Below, piece after piece: positions 9,055 through 18,721 of a stretch of 64,000 nucleotides of DNA; the stretch's first letter is position 1; each line of letters opens with the position of its first letter. The position numbers were made by a program, and so were the translations under genes. The DNA is taken from assembly GCA_964291675.2 (NCBI GenBank), contig OZ219866.1, positions 2,592,001 to 2,656,000 of the forward strand. The letters are read 5' to 3'. Below the pieces are notes generated by a model. That model was given only the letters and a program-made list of their open reading frames with translations, was not told the origin of the DNA and ran no database searches. Source of the stretch: Alphaproteobacteria bacterium (GTDB lineage Bacteria; Pseudomonadota; Alphaproteobacteria; MPNO01).

Positions 9055-10337
9055 TCCCGCGTTTCCCGCTGGCGTTTGTCCGCGAAGTCCGGCGCAAGAT
9101 GCTCGTCGAGCGCACCGCGGGTCACGAAGTCGCCCAAGCCGCCGCGAAGCCCGATCGTCCCGGCGATGTCCATGTCGCCAAGCCTGGTGACCGTCGAACC
9201 GTCGCCCGACTCGCCGCGGTGACAGATGAGCACGCTTTCCATCCGGGAGTCGTCTAGCGCATCCATGAACGCCGGATTGTGGGTGGTCACGAGCACGTTC
9301 AGCTCGCGGCGGCTCGCGGTATCGGACAGCGTCTCGACGAGCAGCCTGGCACGGCTCGGGTGCAGGCCGTTGTCGAACTCCTCGATGACGATGCGCGAGG
9401 AGTTGGGAACGGTCTCAAGCGCGGTCACGATAGCGAGCATCCGCAGGGTGCCGTCAGAGAGAAGCCGCGCATCAACCAAATCTTCGTCGCTCGTCGCCTG
9501 CCCCGCGTCCGCGACAAACCCGGCCATCACATCGCCAAGCGAAGTTGTTGCGAAGCCGATTCCGATGAACGGTTCCTCCGGAATCTGCCGGATGATCTCC
9601 GTTATGCGCTGCAATGCCGCGTTCTGTTCCTCATCTCCCTGGCTGAGCGCAAACAGGACCGCCGAGAGGTTGGCTCCGTTGCGCAGGAGCCGGGGGTTCG
9701 ACTCGGCGCGCGTGTACTCCCGCATCGCCTTGGGGTGCGGGTCGAAGATGTAGGAGTTTCGCAGATAGCCTCTCACGCCCTGAACGGTTCTCGTTAATTC
9801 GCGCAGCCTGGGACTGCTTGCCTGACTGTTGCCGATAATTTCTTCGTAACGCGAGAGGACGGAGCGGGACGCCGATACCTGGCAGGTCGGATTCCTGCCG
9901 CGCGAGAAGTTGTCGTATCTGACCTCCATCGACTCTCCGCCGGACTCTATGGCATGGAAGAGTGTCCGGTCTCCGATTTGCAAGCTCTCCTCGGCCAGCA
10001 GAACGTCGTTTCTTCCGCGCGCAGCAATTCCGATGAAATAGTCGACGGGCCGTTCCCTTCCATCGAAACGAACGCTGGCCCGATTCAACCGCAGTCCGAG
10101 CTTTTCCCTGCCGAAGCGAATGCAAGATCGCAGACCGCCCCGCACCTCGAACGCACCGCCGCGATCGACATCGGTGACTTCGTTGAACGGCGTACCGCGG
10201 GCCAGGCTGGCGAGAAGCTCGACTCCCTCGATCAGATTGGTCTTGCCCGATCCGTTTCTGCCGAGCAGGACGGTCAACGGCTCGAACAGATTGAGCTCTG
10301 CCCGGGCGAAATTCTTGAAATCGGTCAGACAATGCAT
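9033..10337 (-). CDS. ABC/AAA_21-type ATPase (non-transport, defence-associated class)
   Basis: FKNF, Walker A GRNGSGKT, signature LSDGT, Walker B IVIEEFDNGLHP, H-loop VTTHNP. Confidence 0.85.
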   Translation of the reverse strand: MHCLTDFKNFARAELNLFEPLTVLLGRNGSGKTNLIEGVELLASLARGTPFNEVTDVDRGGAFEVRGGLRSCIRFGREKLGLRLNRASVRFDGRERPVDYFIGIAARGRNDVLLAEESLQIGDRTLFHAIESGGESMEVRYDNFSRGRNPTCQVSASRSVLSRYEEIIGNSQASSPRLRELTRTVQGVRGYLRNSYIFDPHPKAMREYTRAESNPRLLRNGANLSAVLFALSQGDEEQNAALQRITEIIRQIPEEPFIGIGFATTSLGDVMAGFVADAGQATSDEDLVDARLLSDGTLRMLAIVTALETVPNSSRIVIEEFDNGLHPSRARLLVETLSDTASRRELNVLVTTHNPAFMDALDDSRMESVLICHRGESGDGSTVTRLGDMDIAGTIGLRGGLGDFVTRGALDEHLAPDFADKRQRETREWLESLG

Positions 10338-10487
10338 GGCCGCTCACCCGTGCGCTCCCCGGTGCACGCGAAGGCGCTCACCGGAACACTCAATCTAGGG
10401 CGTGCCCGTCTCGGTTGGAAGCGCCGGACGGGCCGCCGACGCGCACCCCTTCCCCCGCCCGCCTCGGTGATGCACAAAGGGAGCGGC

Positions 10488-11516
10488 ATGATCGCGCGCA
10501 TTCTTCTCCTGGGGCTCGTCGCGCTCGCGGCGCAGGCGGACGCCCGGACCATCGTCGACTCGGCCGGCCGCGCCGTCGAGGTGCCGGACACCGTCGACCG
10601 CGTGTTCGCCTCCGGCCCGCCGGCCTCGATCGTGGTCTATGCGCTGAAGCCGGAGGCGCTCTTGGGCTGGCCGCGCGCGCTCAGGGGCTACGAAAAACCC
10701 TATATCGCCGCGCCGTATCGCGAGCTCCCCGAGACCGGGCGGCTCACCGGGCGCGGCGGGGAGGCCAATCTGGAGCGGGTGCTGGCGCTGAAGCCCGACC
10801 TGATCGTCGATTTCGGCTCGGTGCGCGGCACCTATATCGATCTCGCCGACCGGGTGCAGGACCAGACCGGCATCCCCTATATCCTGGTCAACGGCCGCTT
10901 CGCCGAGACCGCGCGCTCGCTCCGCCTGCTGGGCCGCGCGCTCGGGGTCGAGGCGCGCGCCGAGGCGCTGGCCAGCGACGCGGAAGCCACCTTCGCCGCG
11001 CTCGATGCGGCGCTCGGCGCGGTGCCGATGGCGGCGCGCCCCCGGGTCTATCTGGCGCGCGGCCCGGACGGGCTGGAGACCGGGCTCAGGGGCTCGATCA
11101 ACACCGAGATCATCGAGCGCGCCGGCGGGCGCAACGTGGCCGACGTGCCCGGCCGCCGCGGGCTGGTGCAGGCCTCCCCCGAGCAGGTGATCGTCGCCGA
11201 CCCCGACACCGTCGTCACCTGGGACCGCATCTTCTACGCCCGGGTGTGGCGCGACAGGCTGTGGCGGGGGATCGAAGCGGTGCGCCGGGGCCGGGTCTAT
11301 CTCTCGCCCACCGCGCCGTTCGGCTGGATCGACCGGCCGCCCTCGGTCAACCGGCTGATGGGGCTCAAATGGCTCGCCGGGCTGTTCTACCCGGAGCGCT
11401 GGACCGGCGATCTGCGGCGCGACGCCGCTTCGTTCTACCGCCTCTGGTACCATGTCGAGCTCAGCGAGGCCGAGCTCGACCGGCTGCTCGAATGGGCGCA
11501 GGCGCGCGCGCCCTGA
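10488..11516 (+). CDS. type II ABC substrate-binding protein (iron-siderophore/B12/molybdate class)
   Basis: Signal peptide, TIVDSAGRAVEVP, NLERVLALKPDLI, PFGWIDRPPSVNR. Confidence 0.85.
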   Translation: MIARILLLGLVALAAQADARTIVDSAGRAVEVPDTVDRVFASGPPASIVVYALKPEALLGWPRALRGYEKPYIAAPYRELPETGRLTGRGGEANLERVLALKPDLIVDFGSVRGTYIDLADRVQDQTGIPYILVNGRFAETARSLRLLGRALGVEARAEALASDAEATFAALDAALGAVPMAARPRVYLARGPDGLETGLRGSINTEIIERAGGRNVADVPGRRGLVQASPEQVIVADPDTVVTWDRIFYARVWRDRLWRGIEAVRRGRVYLSPTAPFGWIDRPPSVNRLMGLKWLAGLFYPERWTGDLRRDAASFYRLWYHVELSEAELDRLLEWAQARAP

Positions 11517-12511
11517 CCGCGCGCCGCGGCGCGGCGGCGGCGCTCTGGATGACCGCCGCGCTCGGCGCGGGCGCCTTCGCGGCGCTGCTGGTCGGGCCGT
11601 ACCCGCTGGCCGTCGGCGAGGCGCTCGCCATCCTCTCGGGCGGCGGCGGGGACGGGCGGGCGGAGACCGTGCTGCTCTCGATCCGCCTCCCCCGAATCGC
11701 CGCCTCGCTGCTGGTCGGCGCCGCGCTCGCCGCCGCCGGCGCCTGCTACCAGACGCTGTTCCGCAACCCGCTGGTCTCGCCCGACATTCTGGGCGTCTCG
11801 GCCGGCGCCGGGCTCGGTGCGGTGCTCGGCATCTTCCTGTCGCTGCCGGTGCTGGCGATCCAGGCGCTGGGGTTCGCCGGCGGGCTCGCCGCGGTGGCGC
11901 TGGTGGGCTTCGTCGCCGCCGCGGTGCGCACCGGCGACCGCACGCTGATCCTGGTGCTGGCGGGCGTCGTGGTGGGCGCGCTCGCCGGCGCGGCGACCTC
12001 GCTCTTGAAGGTGCTGGCCGATCCCTACGACCAGCTTCCGGCGATCACCTTCTGGCTGCTCGGCAGCCTCGCCGGGGTGAAGGCGGAGGACATCCTGCCC
12101 GCCGCGCCGGTGGTGCTGGCCGGGCTGGTGCCCATGGTGGCGCTGCGCTGGCGGATCAACGTGCTCGCGCTCGGCGACGAGGAGGCGCGCGCGCTCGGCG
12201 TCGAGGCGGGGCGGCTCCGGCTCGCGGTGATATTCTGCGCGACGCTGATCACCGCGAGCGTGGTCGCCGTCGCCGGGGTGGTCGGCTGGGTCGGGCTGGT
12301 GATCCCGCATATCGCGCGGATGATCGTGGGCCCCGGCTTCGGGCAGTTGCTGCCCGCCGCCGCCCTGCTGGGGGCGAGCTACATGCTGGCCGTCGACACG
12401 CTGGCGCGCACGATCTCCGCCGTCGAGGTGCCGCTCGGCATCCTCACCGCGGTGGTCGGCGCGCCGTTCTTCCTGTGGCTGCTGGCGCGGGGGCGCCGGA
12501 CATGGGCGTGA
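11492..12511 (+). CDS. FecCD/BtuC-family ABC permease
   Basis: IRLPRI, QTLFRNPLVSPDILGVSAGA, GWVGLVIPH; start uncertain (11492-11549). Confidence 0.85.
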   Translation: MGAGARALTARRGAAAALWMTAALGAGAFAALLVGPYPLAVGEALAILSGGGGDGRAETVLLSIRLPRIAASLLVGAALAAAGACYQTLFRNPLVSPDILGVSAGAGLGAVLGIFLSLPVLAIQALGFAGGLAAVALVGFVAAAVRTGDRTLILVLAGVVVGALAGAATSLLKVLADPYDQLPAITFWLLGSLAGVKAEDILPAAPVVLAGLVPMVALRWRINVLALGDEEARALGVEAGRLRLAVIFCATLITASVVAVAGVVGWVGLVIPHIARMIVGPGFGQLLPAAALLGASYMLAVDTLARTISAVEVPLGILTAVVGAPFFLWLLARGRRTWA

Positions 12512-13296
12512 GCGTCGAGACCAGCGATCTCGCCATCGGCTATCCCGGCCATGCGGTGGGCTCGGGCATCGCGCTCGCCGCCGGGCCGGGCGACATATTG
12601 TGCCTGCTGGGCCCCAACGGGTCGGGCAAGACGACGCTGTTCAAGACCCTGCTCGGGCTGATCCCGGCGCAGGGCGGCGAGGTGAGGCTGGCCGGCCGGC
12701 GGCTGGAGAGCCTGGCGCGGCGCGACATCGCGACCCGCGCCGCCTATGTGCCGCAGGCGCATGCCGCGCCGTTCGCCTACGCGGCGCTGGAGGTGGTGCT
12801 GATGGGGAGGACCGCAAGGCTCGGCCCGTTCTCCCAGCCCGGCGAGGCGGACCGCGAGGCGGCGCGGGCGGCGCTCGCGAGGTTGCGCATCGAGCACCTC
12901 GCCGGGGCCGACTACACGAGGCTCTCGGGCGGGCAGCGCCAGCTCGTGCTGATCGCCCGCGCGCTCGCCCAGGAGACCCCCGTGCTGGTGATGGACGAGC
13001 CCACCGCCAGCCTCGATTTCGGCAACCAGGCGCTGGTGCTGGGCGAGATCGCGGGGCTCGCCGCCGACGGGCTCACGGTGATCCTGTCGACCCACGACCC
13101 GGATCACGCGTTTGCCGTCGGCACCGCGGTCGCGCTGCTGCACGAGGGGCGGGTGCGGGCGACCGGCGCGCCCAGGGACGCGCTGACGCAAGCGGCGCTG
13201 AGCGCGGTCTACGGCGTCGCGGTGCGCGTCGAGGACCTTGCCGACGGCAGCACCGTCTGCGTCCCCTCGCTCGGGCGGCGGGAGGATGACGGGTAG
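12508..13296 (+). CDS. FecE/BtuD-type ABC ATP-binding protein
   Basis: GPNGSGKT, LSGGQRQ, MDEPT; GTGA overlap with the permease stop. Confidence 0.88.
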   Translation: MSVETSDLAIGYPGHAVGSGIALAAGPGDILCLLGPNGSGKTTLFKTLLGLIPAQGGEVRLAGRRLESLARRDIATRAAYVPQAHAAPFAYAALEVVLMGRTARLGPFSQPGEADREAARAALARLRIEHLAGADYTRLSGGQRQLVLIARALAQETPVLVMDEPTASLDFGNQALVLGEIAGLAADGLTVILSTHDPDHAFAVGTAVALLHEGRVRATGAPRDALTQAALSAVYGVAVRVEDLADGSTVCVPSLGRREDDG

Positions 13297-13367
13297 CCGC
13301 CCGCGATGCCCGGTAGCGAAGCGATATGGGATTTACAATTTCGGCGTGCTGCGTATACCATCGGGCG

Positions 13368-13889
13368 ATGCCAGAGACCGTTTCCGCCCCGATGTTCGAT
13401 ACCCAGCTCGCCGTCGAGGAGCTCGTGGCCGCGGGCATGCCGCCGGAGCAGGCCGGCGCGGTCGTGCGGATGCAGGCGCAATGGGTCGACCGCAGCTTCG
13501 CGACCGGCGAAGACGTCGAGCGCCTGCGGACGGAGGTGAACGGGCTGCGGACGGACATGGACCGGCTGCGCGGCGATCTGGCAGCGAAGATCGCGACCCA
13601 GGGCGTGGAGATCGGCAAGGACATGGCGCGGTTGCGCGGGGATCTGGAAGCGAAGATCGAGACCCAGGGCGTGACGATCGCCAGGGACATGGCCACGCTG
13701 CGCGGCGATCTGGAATTGAGGATCGAGACCCGCAGCAACGCCCTCGAAGGGCAGATCGCCGAGCTGCGCGGCACGCTCGAAGCCAGGATCCTCGCGGTGC
13801 AGACCAACACCATCAAATGGGTCACCGGGACGCAGGTCGGAACCTCGGCCATCTTTCTGGCGGCGCTGATCGCCGTCCTGAAGCTGTGA
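13368..13889 (+). CDS. CCDC90/DUF1640-like coiled-coil protein with C-terminal membrane anchor
   Basis: MFDT..AVEELVAAGMPPEQA, ATGEDV, IKWV and a terminal hydrophobic segment. Confidence 0.75.
   Translation: MPETVSAPMFDTQLAVEELVAAGMPPEQAGAVVRMQAQWVDRSFATGEDVERLRTEVNGLRTDMDRLRGDLAAKIATQGVEIGKDMARLRGDLEAKIETQGVTIARDMATLRGDLELRIETRSNALEGQIAELRGTLEARILAVQTNTIKWVTGTQVGTSAIFLAALIAVLKL
13554..13735 (+). repeat. 66-bp (22-aa) tandem repeat, ~2.7 copies
   Basis: GACATGG..C.G.TGCGCGG.GATCTGG at 13554, 13620 and 13686. Confidence 0.85.
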
Positions 13890-13893
13890 CGCG

Positions 13894-14772
13894 TCAGGGC
13901 GAGAGCCAGCGCACCGCGCCGGTGTCCTCCAGCCTGTAGCCGCCCATCGAATCGGCCTTCTCGCGCATCGCCTCGCCGGCGGCGAAGCCGAGCAGGGCGC
14001 GCACCGGCTCGGTGAAATAGGCGCGGCGGTCGACCAGCAGGTCGAAGCGCTCCTCGACCAGCGGCAGGAAGGAGAGCTTGTACTGCCGCGCCATCGCCTC
14101 GATGCCGACCGCCGCGTCGGCCTCGCCCGCCGCCACCGCCGCCGCCGCCTCGCTCTCGGTCCAGGCGAGCCCGCCGGCCGGGACCAGGTCGTCGGGCGAC
14201 ATCTCGGCGTGGCGGAGGAATTCCTCGAACAGCTGCGCGGCCGCCGACTCGGGCTGGCGGAAGGCGACCCGCGCGCCGCGCAGATCGGCGATCTTGCTCA
14301 CGCGCCTGCCGGCCTCGCGGGACAGGACGAGCCCGCGCAGGCGAACCGCCCAGGCGAGCAGCACGCAGCCGGTCAGCCGCCAGTCCGCGACCGTCTCGAC
14401 ATTCCAGCCCTCCCGCTCGTGGACGTGGATGCCGGCGATCGCCGCCTGGCGGTCGGCGAAGCGCCTGAGCCCGTCGCCGCTGCCGTTGAGGATCGTCGCG
14501 AGCCCCGAGCCCGATTCGCGCACCGCCCATTCGAGCAGGGGGTCGTGCGAGCCGGCCAGCACCAGCGGCCGGTCGGCCAGCGCGCCGGCGCCGACCCCGG
14601 CCCAGTCCATCACCTCGTCCCTGGGGAACAGCAGCTTGCCGGTGATGCGGCGGTGCGGGATCTCGCCCGCCGCCGCGAGCTCGTAGACCTTGCGCTCCTT
14701 GACCCGCAGCAGCGCCGCCACCTCGCGGGTGGTCATGTGGAGCGGCGGTCGGTCGGTCGGTGGGAGCGCCAT
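13894..14772 (-). CDS. excisionase-type HTH + periplasmic-binding-like domain regulator (molybdate/tungstate-responsive class)
   Basis: MTTREVAALLRVKERKVYEL HTH_17; LAGSHDPLL...GSGDGL...RQPES...ERFDL. Confidence 0.8.
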   Translation of the reverse strand: MALPPTDRPPLHMTTREVAALLRVKERKVYELAAAGEIPHRRITGKLLFPRDEVMDWAGVGAGALADRPLVLAGSHDPLLEWAVRESGSGLATILNGSGDGLRRFADRQAAIAGIHVHEREGWNVETVADWRLTGCVLLAWAVRLRGLVLSREAGRRVSKIADLRGARVAFRQPESAAAQLFEEFLRHAEMSPDDLVPAGGLAWTESEAAAAVAAGEADAAVGIEAMARQYKLSFLPLVEERFDLLVDRRAYFTEPVRALLGFAAGEAMREKADSMGGYRLEDTGAVRWLSP

Positions 14773-14869
14773 GGCGGGGCCATCCTGCCAAACCGCCGCG
14801 CGATGCGCGAGGGGCGAGGGGCGGCTTACCGCCTTGGCGCGGGCCCCGCTCCGTGCCATCTTCGCGGTC

Positions 14870-16165
14870 ATGAACCGACGGCAATTCCTCGCGGCCTCGG
14901 CCGCCTGCGCGCTCGCCCCGGCCACCGGCGGGGCGGCGCCGATGCGGCTCAGGGCCGGGCCGGCCAGCGTGCGGCTGGTGCCCTATGTCGAGGGGCCGAC
15001 GGCGATGCTCGGCTTCAACGGCCGCACGCCGGGGCCGGAGATCCGCGTGCGCGCCGGCGGGCGGGTCTCGGTCGCCTTCGAGAACGCGACCGGGCGGGCG
15101 AGCGCGGTCCACTGGCACGGCATCCACATCGACAACGCGATGGACGGCGTGCCCGGGCTCACCCAGGAGGCGGTGGCGCCCGGGGCGGGCTTCGCCTACG
15201 ACTTCGCCGTGCCGCATCCCGGCACCTACTGGTACCACGCCCATCACCGCTCCTGGGAGCAGGTGGCCAAGGGGCTGTACGGCCCGCTGATCGTCGAGGA
15301 GCGCGCGCCGCCCCGGGTCGACCGCGACATCACGGCGGTGCTCGACGACTGGCGGCTGACCGAGGATGGCGCGCTGCACGAGAGCTTCGGCAACCGGCAC
15401 GATTTCTCGCATGCCGGGCGGCTCGGCAACTACGCGCGGGCGTTCTTCTCCGCCCCGACGGTGCGCATCGGCGACCGGGTGCGGCTCAGGCTGATCAACG
15501 CGGCGACGGCGCGTACCTTCAAGCTGAGGATCGGCGGCGGGGAGGGCCGGATCGTGGCGCTCGACGGGATGCCGCTCGCCGAGCCGGAGCCCATCGGCGA
15601 GCCCGAGCTCGCCCCGGCCCAGCGCGCCGACATCGTGCTCGACGTGGCCGGCCCGCTCGCCTTCGACCTGCTGCCCCGGGGCGAGCCCTACGCGCTCGGC
15701 ACGATCCCCGCCGAGGGCCGCAATCCCGCGCCGATCGGCGGGCCCGTCGCCGCCCTGCCGCCGACCGCGATCCCGGCGCCCGAGGCGCGCGGCGCGCGGC
15801 GGCTCACGCTCGCCATGCAGGGCGGCGCCATGGGCGGGCGCCACGGCGGCGACGACTTCTGGGCCTTCAACGACCGCTCCGGCATGCCGGAGGCGCCGTG
15901 GCAGCGCTTCGCGCGCGGCGAGACGGTGCGGATCGCCATGCGGAACGACACCGCGTTCCCGCACGGCATCCACATCCACGGCCACCATTTCCACGAGCTC
16001 GGCCCGGACGGCGCGCCCGGCCATTACCGCGACACCACGCAGGTCGAGGCGCGCCGGAGCCGGGACGTGCTCTGCGTGTTCGACAACCCGGGCAAGTGGC
16101 TGATCCACTGCCATACGCTCGCCCACCAGGCCTCCGGCATGAAGACCTGGGTCGAGGTCGCGTGA
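14870..16165 (+). CDS. Tat-exported multicopper oxidase
   Basis: MNRRQFL Tat signal; HWHG, WYHAH, HGIHIHGH, HCHTLAH...GM copper motifs. Confidence 0.92.
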   Translation: MNRRQFLAASAACALAPATGGAAPMRLRAGPASVRLVPYVEGPTAMLGFNGRTPGPEIRVRAGGRVSVAFENATGRASAVHWHGIHIDNAMDGVPGLTQEAVAPGAGFAYDFAVPHPGTYWYHAHHRSWEQVAKGLYGPLIVEERAPPRVDRDITAVLDDWRLTEDGALHESFGNRHDFSHAGRLGNYARAFFSAPTVRIGDRVRLRLINAATARTFKLRIGGGEGRIVALDGMPLAEPEPIGEPELAPAQRADIVLDVAGPLAFDLLPRGEPYALGTIPAEGRNPAPIGGPVAALPPTAIPAPEARGARRLTLAMQGGAMGGRHGGDDFWAFNDRSGMPEAPWQRFARGETVRIAMRNDTAFPHGIHIHGHHFHELGPDGAPGHYRDTTQVEARRSRDVLCVFDNPGKWLIHCHTLAHQASGMKTWVEVA

Positions 16166-16596
16166 GGCGCGTTCTCGCGTTTCTCACCCTGCTTCTGCCG
16201 GCGGCCGCGTACGCCGACCACGAGCTGGAGAACCGCGACCTCGGCAACGGGCGGGCGCTCTACAAGGAGCACTGCGCCTCCTGCCACGGCGCGGAGCTGG
16301 AGGGCCAGCCGAACTGGCGGCGGATCGGCGAGGACGGGCTGCTGCCGGCGCCGCCGCATGACCGGACGGGCCATACCTGGCATCACGACAACCGGCTGCT
16401 GTTCGACTACACCAAGCTCGGCGGCAAGGCGCTGATGGCGGCGCGCGGGGTGAGCGACTTCAAGAGCGGCATGGAGGGTTTCGGCGACGCGCTGTCCGAC
16501 GACGAGATCTGGGACATCCTCGCCTGGATCCGCTCGACCTGGCCGGAACGCATCAAACGGATACAGGCTTCGCGGAACCCGACCCACGACCGGTAG
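16162..16596 (+). CDS. c-type cytochrome
   Basis: Signal peptide, CASCH haem motif, APPHD..GHTWHH; GTGA overlap. Confidence 0.9.
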   Translation: MRRVLAFLTLLLPAAAYADHELENRDLGNGRALYKEHCASCHGAELEGQPNWRRIGEDGLLPAPPHDRTGHTWHHDNRLLFDYTKLGGKALMAARGVSDFKSGMEGFGDALSDDEIWDILAWIRSTWPERIKRIQASRNPTHDR

Positions 16597-17113
16597 CGGG
16601 CTGACAATCTCCCTCCGCTTGCAGTCGAACCGCTTCGCTTGCGGAGGGTCGAACGATGTCGCCGATCGACGGCCGGGCCCGGGCGGGTCGCACCGCGAAC
16701 CGCGGGATCAGGCGCCCGGCATTGCCGCGGCACACCCTTTGCACGTCGTCCACGCCGAGGCCGCAGGCCTCCAGCCCGCGGATGGTCTCGGCCGTGCTTC
16801 CGAACGGGAAATCGGTGCCGAGCGGCACCCGCGAGACCGGCACGTGGTCGAACAGCGCGAGCAGCGCGGCGGCGTGCTCGTTGACCGTGCGGGCGAGGGC
16901 GCGGTTCTCCGCCTCGGTTGCGTGGTGGATGCCCGGCGGCGAGAGCGACAGCATCGCCGTGTCGACGCCGTTCCGGTCGAGCTCCTCCAGCGTTCGATCG
17001 AGCGTCCAGCCGCGCACCGGCGGCCTCTCCATCATGCCACCCATGGCGGCGAAATATTCCGGCGGAAAGAAATGGTGGACGTCGATACGTCCCGCGCCCG
17101 CGCCGTCGGCCAT
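16553..17113 (-). pseudogene. amidohydrolase_2 (ACMSD/6-MSA decarboxylase-like) gene with large internal deletion
   Basis: N-terminal RIDVHH...VNEHAA joined directly to C-terminal GTDFPF...RGNA; the central barrel is missing. Confidence 0.7.
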
Positions 17114-17313
17114 CGGGGTCCCCTGGTCTTTCGCCGGGATGCCGGCACCCGAACGGGATGCGCGGAAGCGAACCGGCCCTTCGCCCCGCCTGGCCCGGGA
17201 ACCGACGATGCACTAACCTTCCGGCTGGACCGGTCGTCGGGGCCGGCCGGGTTGGGGAAGGCCGCTCGATGCCGGCCTGCCGCGCTCGGGTCGCCTTCAG
17301 GGAGACAACCGCC

Positions 17314-18147
17314 ATGATGATCAGCGGCCTCAAGGACTCCCGGCTCGTCCTCGTCCTGCAGACCGACCACTCCAGGGTCGCCGGGCTGCTCGCGGCGCAT
17401 TGGGGAAACGCCCAGTTCGCCGAGCCCGCGCCCTACGGGTCGATGGTGCTGGCGGCGGAGGAGCACGATGCCGGGTGGTGGGAGTGGGAGGCCCGCCCCA
17501 CCCTCACCGAGGAAGGCTACCCGATGGACTATATCGGGAGCGTCAGGACTCTCGGCTCCGTCTGGCTCGAGTTCTTCCGGCGCGGGATCGAGCGCGTCGC
17601 GGAGCAGGACCCCTATGCCGGGCTGATGATCCTCATGCACGCCGAGGGGCTGTGCACGCAGGGCAAGGGGTTGATCTCGCACATGCCGGATTTCTCGGCG
17701 ATCCCCGAGGTGCGCGAGGCGCTCGACCGCTGGGAGGTCAGGCGAGAGGAGCTCATCGACCGGCTGCGCGGCTCGGCGACCTATCGCAACTTCGCCACCG
17801 AGGCGGAGCTCTGGCGGAACTTCAAGCTCATGGAGGTCTTCGACCAGCTCGCCCAGTTCATCTGCAACCGCTACCCGTTGGACAGCGCGGCGCGCAAGAA
17901 CGGCCCGTCCAACAGCATCGGGCACGTGCCGGTGGGCCCCGGACGGGACGACGTGACGCTCACGGTGGACGTGCTGGACGGCGCGCGCGCCCGCGTCCAC
18001 CCCTACCCGTTCGACCGCAGCCCGCTGCGGATTCCGATCCCGGCGCGCCTGGTTCCGGATCGGCGATACGAAAGCGAGGAGGCGTTCCTGCACGACTTCT
18101 ACCGGGCCGAGCGCTGCGTCATCGAATACAGCCTTCACGCCGGGTAG
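17314..18147 (+). CDS. DUF3891-family protein
   Basis: GGAG RBS; QTDHSRVAGLLAAHWGN, EHDAGW, DPYAGL...MH, VHPYPF. Confidence 0.75.
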   Translation: MMISGLKDSRLVLVLQTDHSRVAGLLAAHWGNAQFAEPAPYGSMVLAAEEHDAGWWEWEARPTLTEEGYPMDYIGSVRTLGSVWLEFFRRGIERVAEQDPYAGLMILMHAEGLCTQGKGLISHMPDFSAIPEVREALDRWEVRREELIDRLRGSATYRNFATEAELWRNFKLMEVFDQLAQFICNRYPLDSAARKNGPSNSIGHVPVGPGRDDVTLTVDVLDGARARVHPYPFDRSPLRIPIPARLVPDRRYESEEAFLHDFYRAERCVIEYSLHAG

Positions 18148-18199
18148 CGTTGCGCAGCGCGGGCGCTCGGCAGCCGGCAGCAACGACCTGCTTCTCGAC

Positions 18200-18588
18200 A
18201 TCAGGCTGGCCCCCGAGGCCGCCCCGATGGAGAACCGGCGATCGCTGGCCCGGGCACTCGCGGAAACCGGGTTCGAGTGCGGGATACAGGTCTGCGATAT
18301 CCGGCGCGGTTTCGTCTCCAACGGCGCGGAAAGGCCGATCGAGAGCCTGACGGTCGTCCACAGCGCGGTGCCGGGGAAAACCTGCCCTTCGCCCGACCCG
18401 TGTCGTCGGCATGTGGCGCGATGCCAACGCCTTCTACGAGGCGGGCATCCCCGCCGTGGGCGACGGCCCCGGCACCAGGGAACCCATCGCCGACGGGGGT
18501 GGCGCGGCCGATGGCGATCGACGATCCGATCGCGACGGCGAAGTTGTTCGCGCTGACCGCGTCGGCGATCTGCGAGGTGGCGGGTTGA
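18200..18588 (+). pseudogene. frameshifted C-terminal remnant, probably of an M20 peptidase
   Basis: MWRDANAFYEAGIPAV..GPG and ..AIDD..ATAKLFALTA..IC are in different frames. Confidence 0.45.
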
Positions 18589-18721
18589 GCGGACGCCGGT
18601 CGTTCGCCGCCGATGGGGACCTTCCGCGCGGCGCTCCCGCCGAAGTTGAATTCCGGCCGCACCGATCGAATATCCGGCTCATGGACGCGAACCGCGAATC
18701 CGGACCGGTGGGCGGGGCGGC

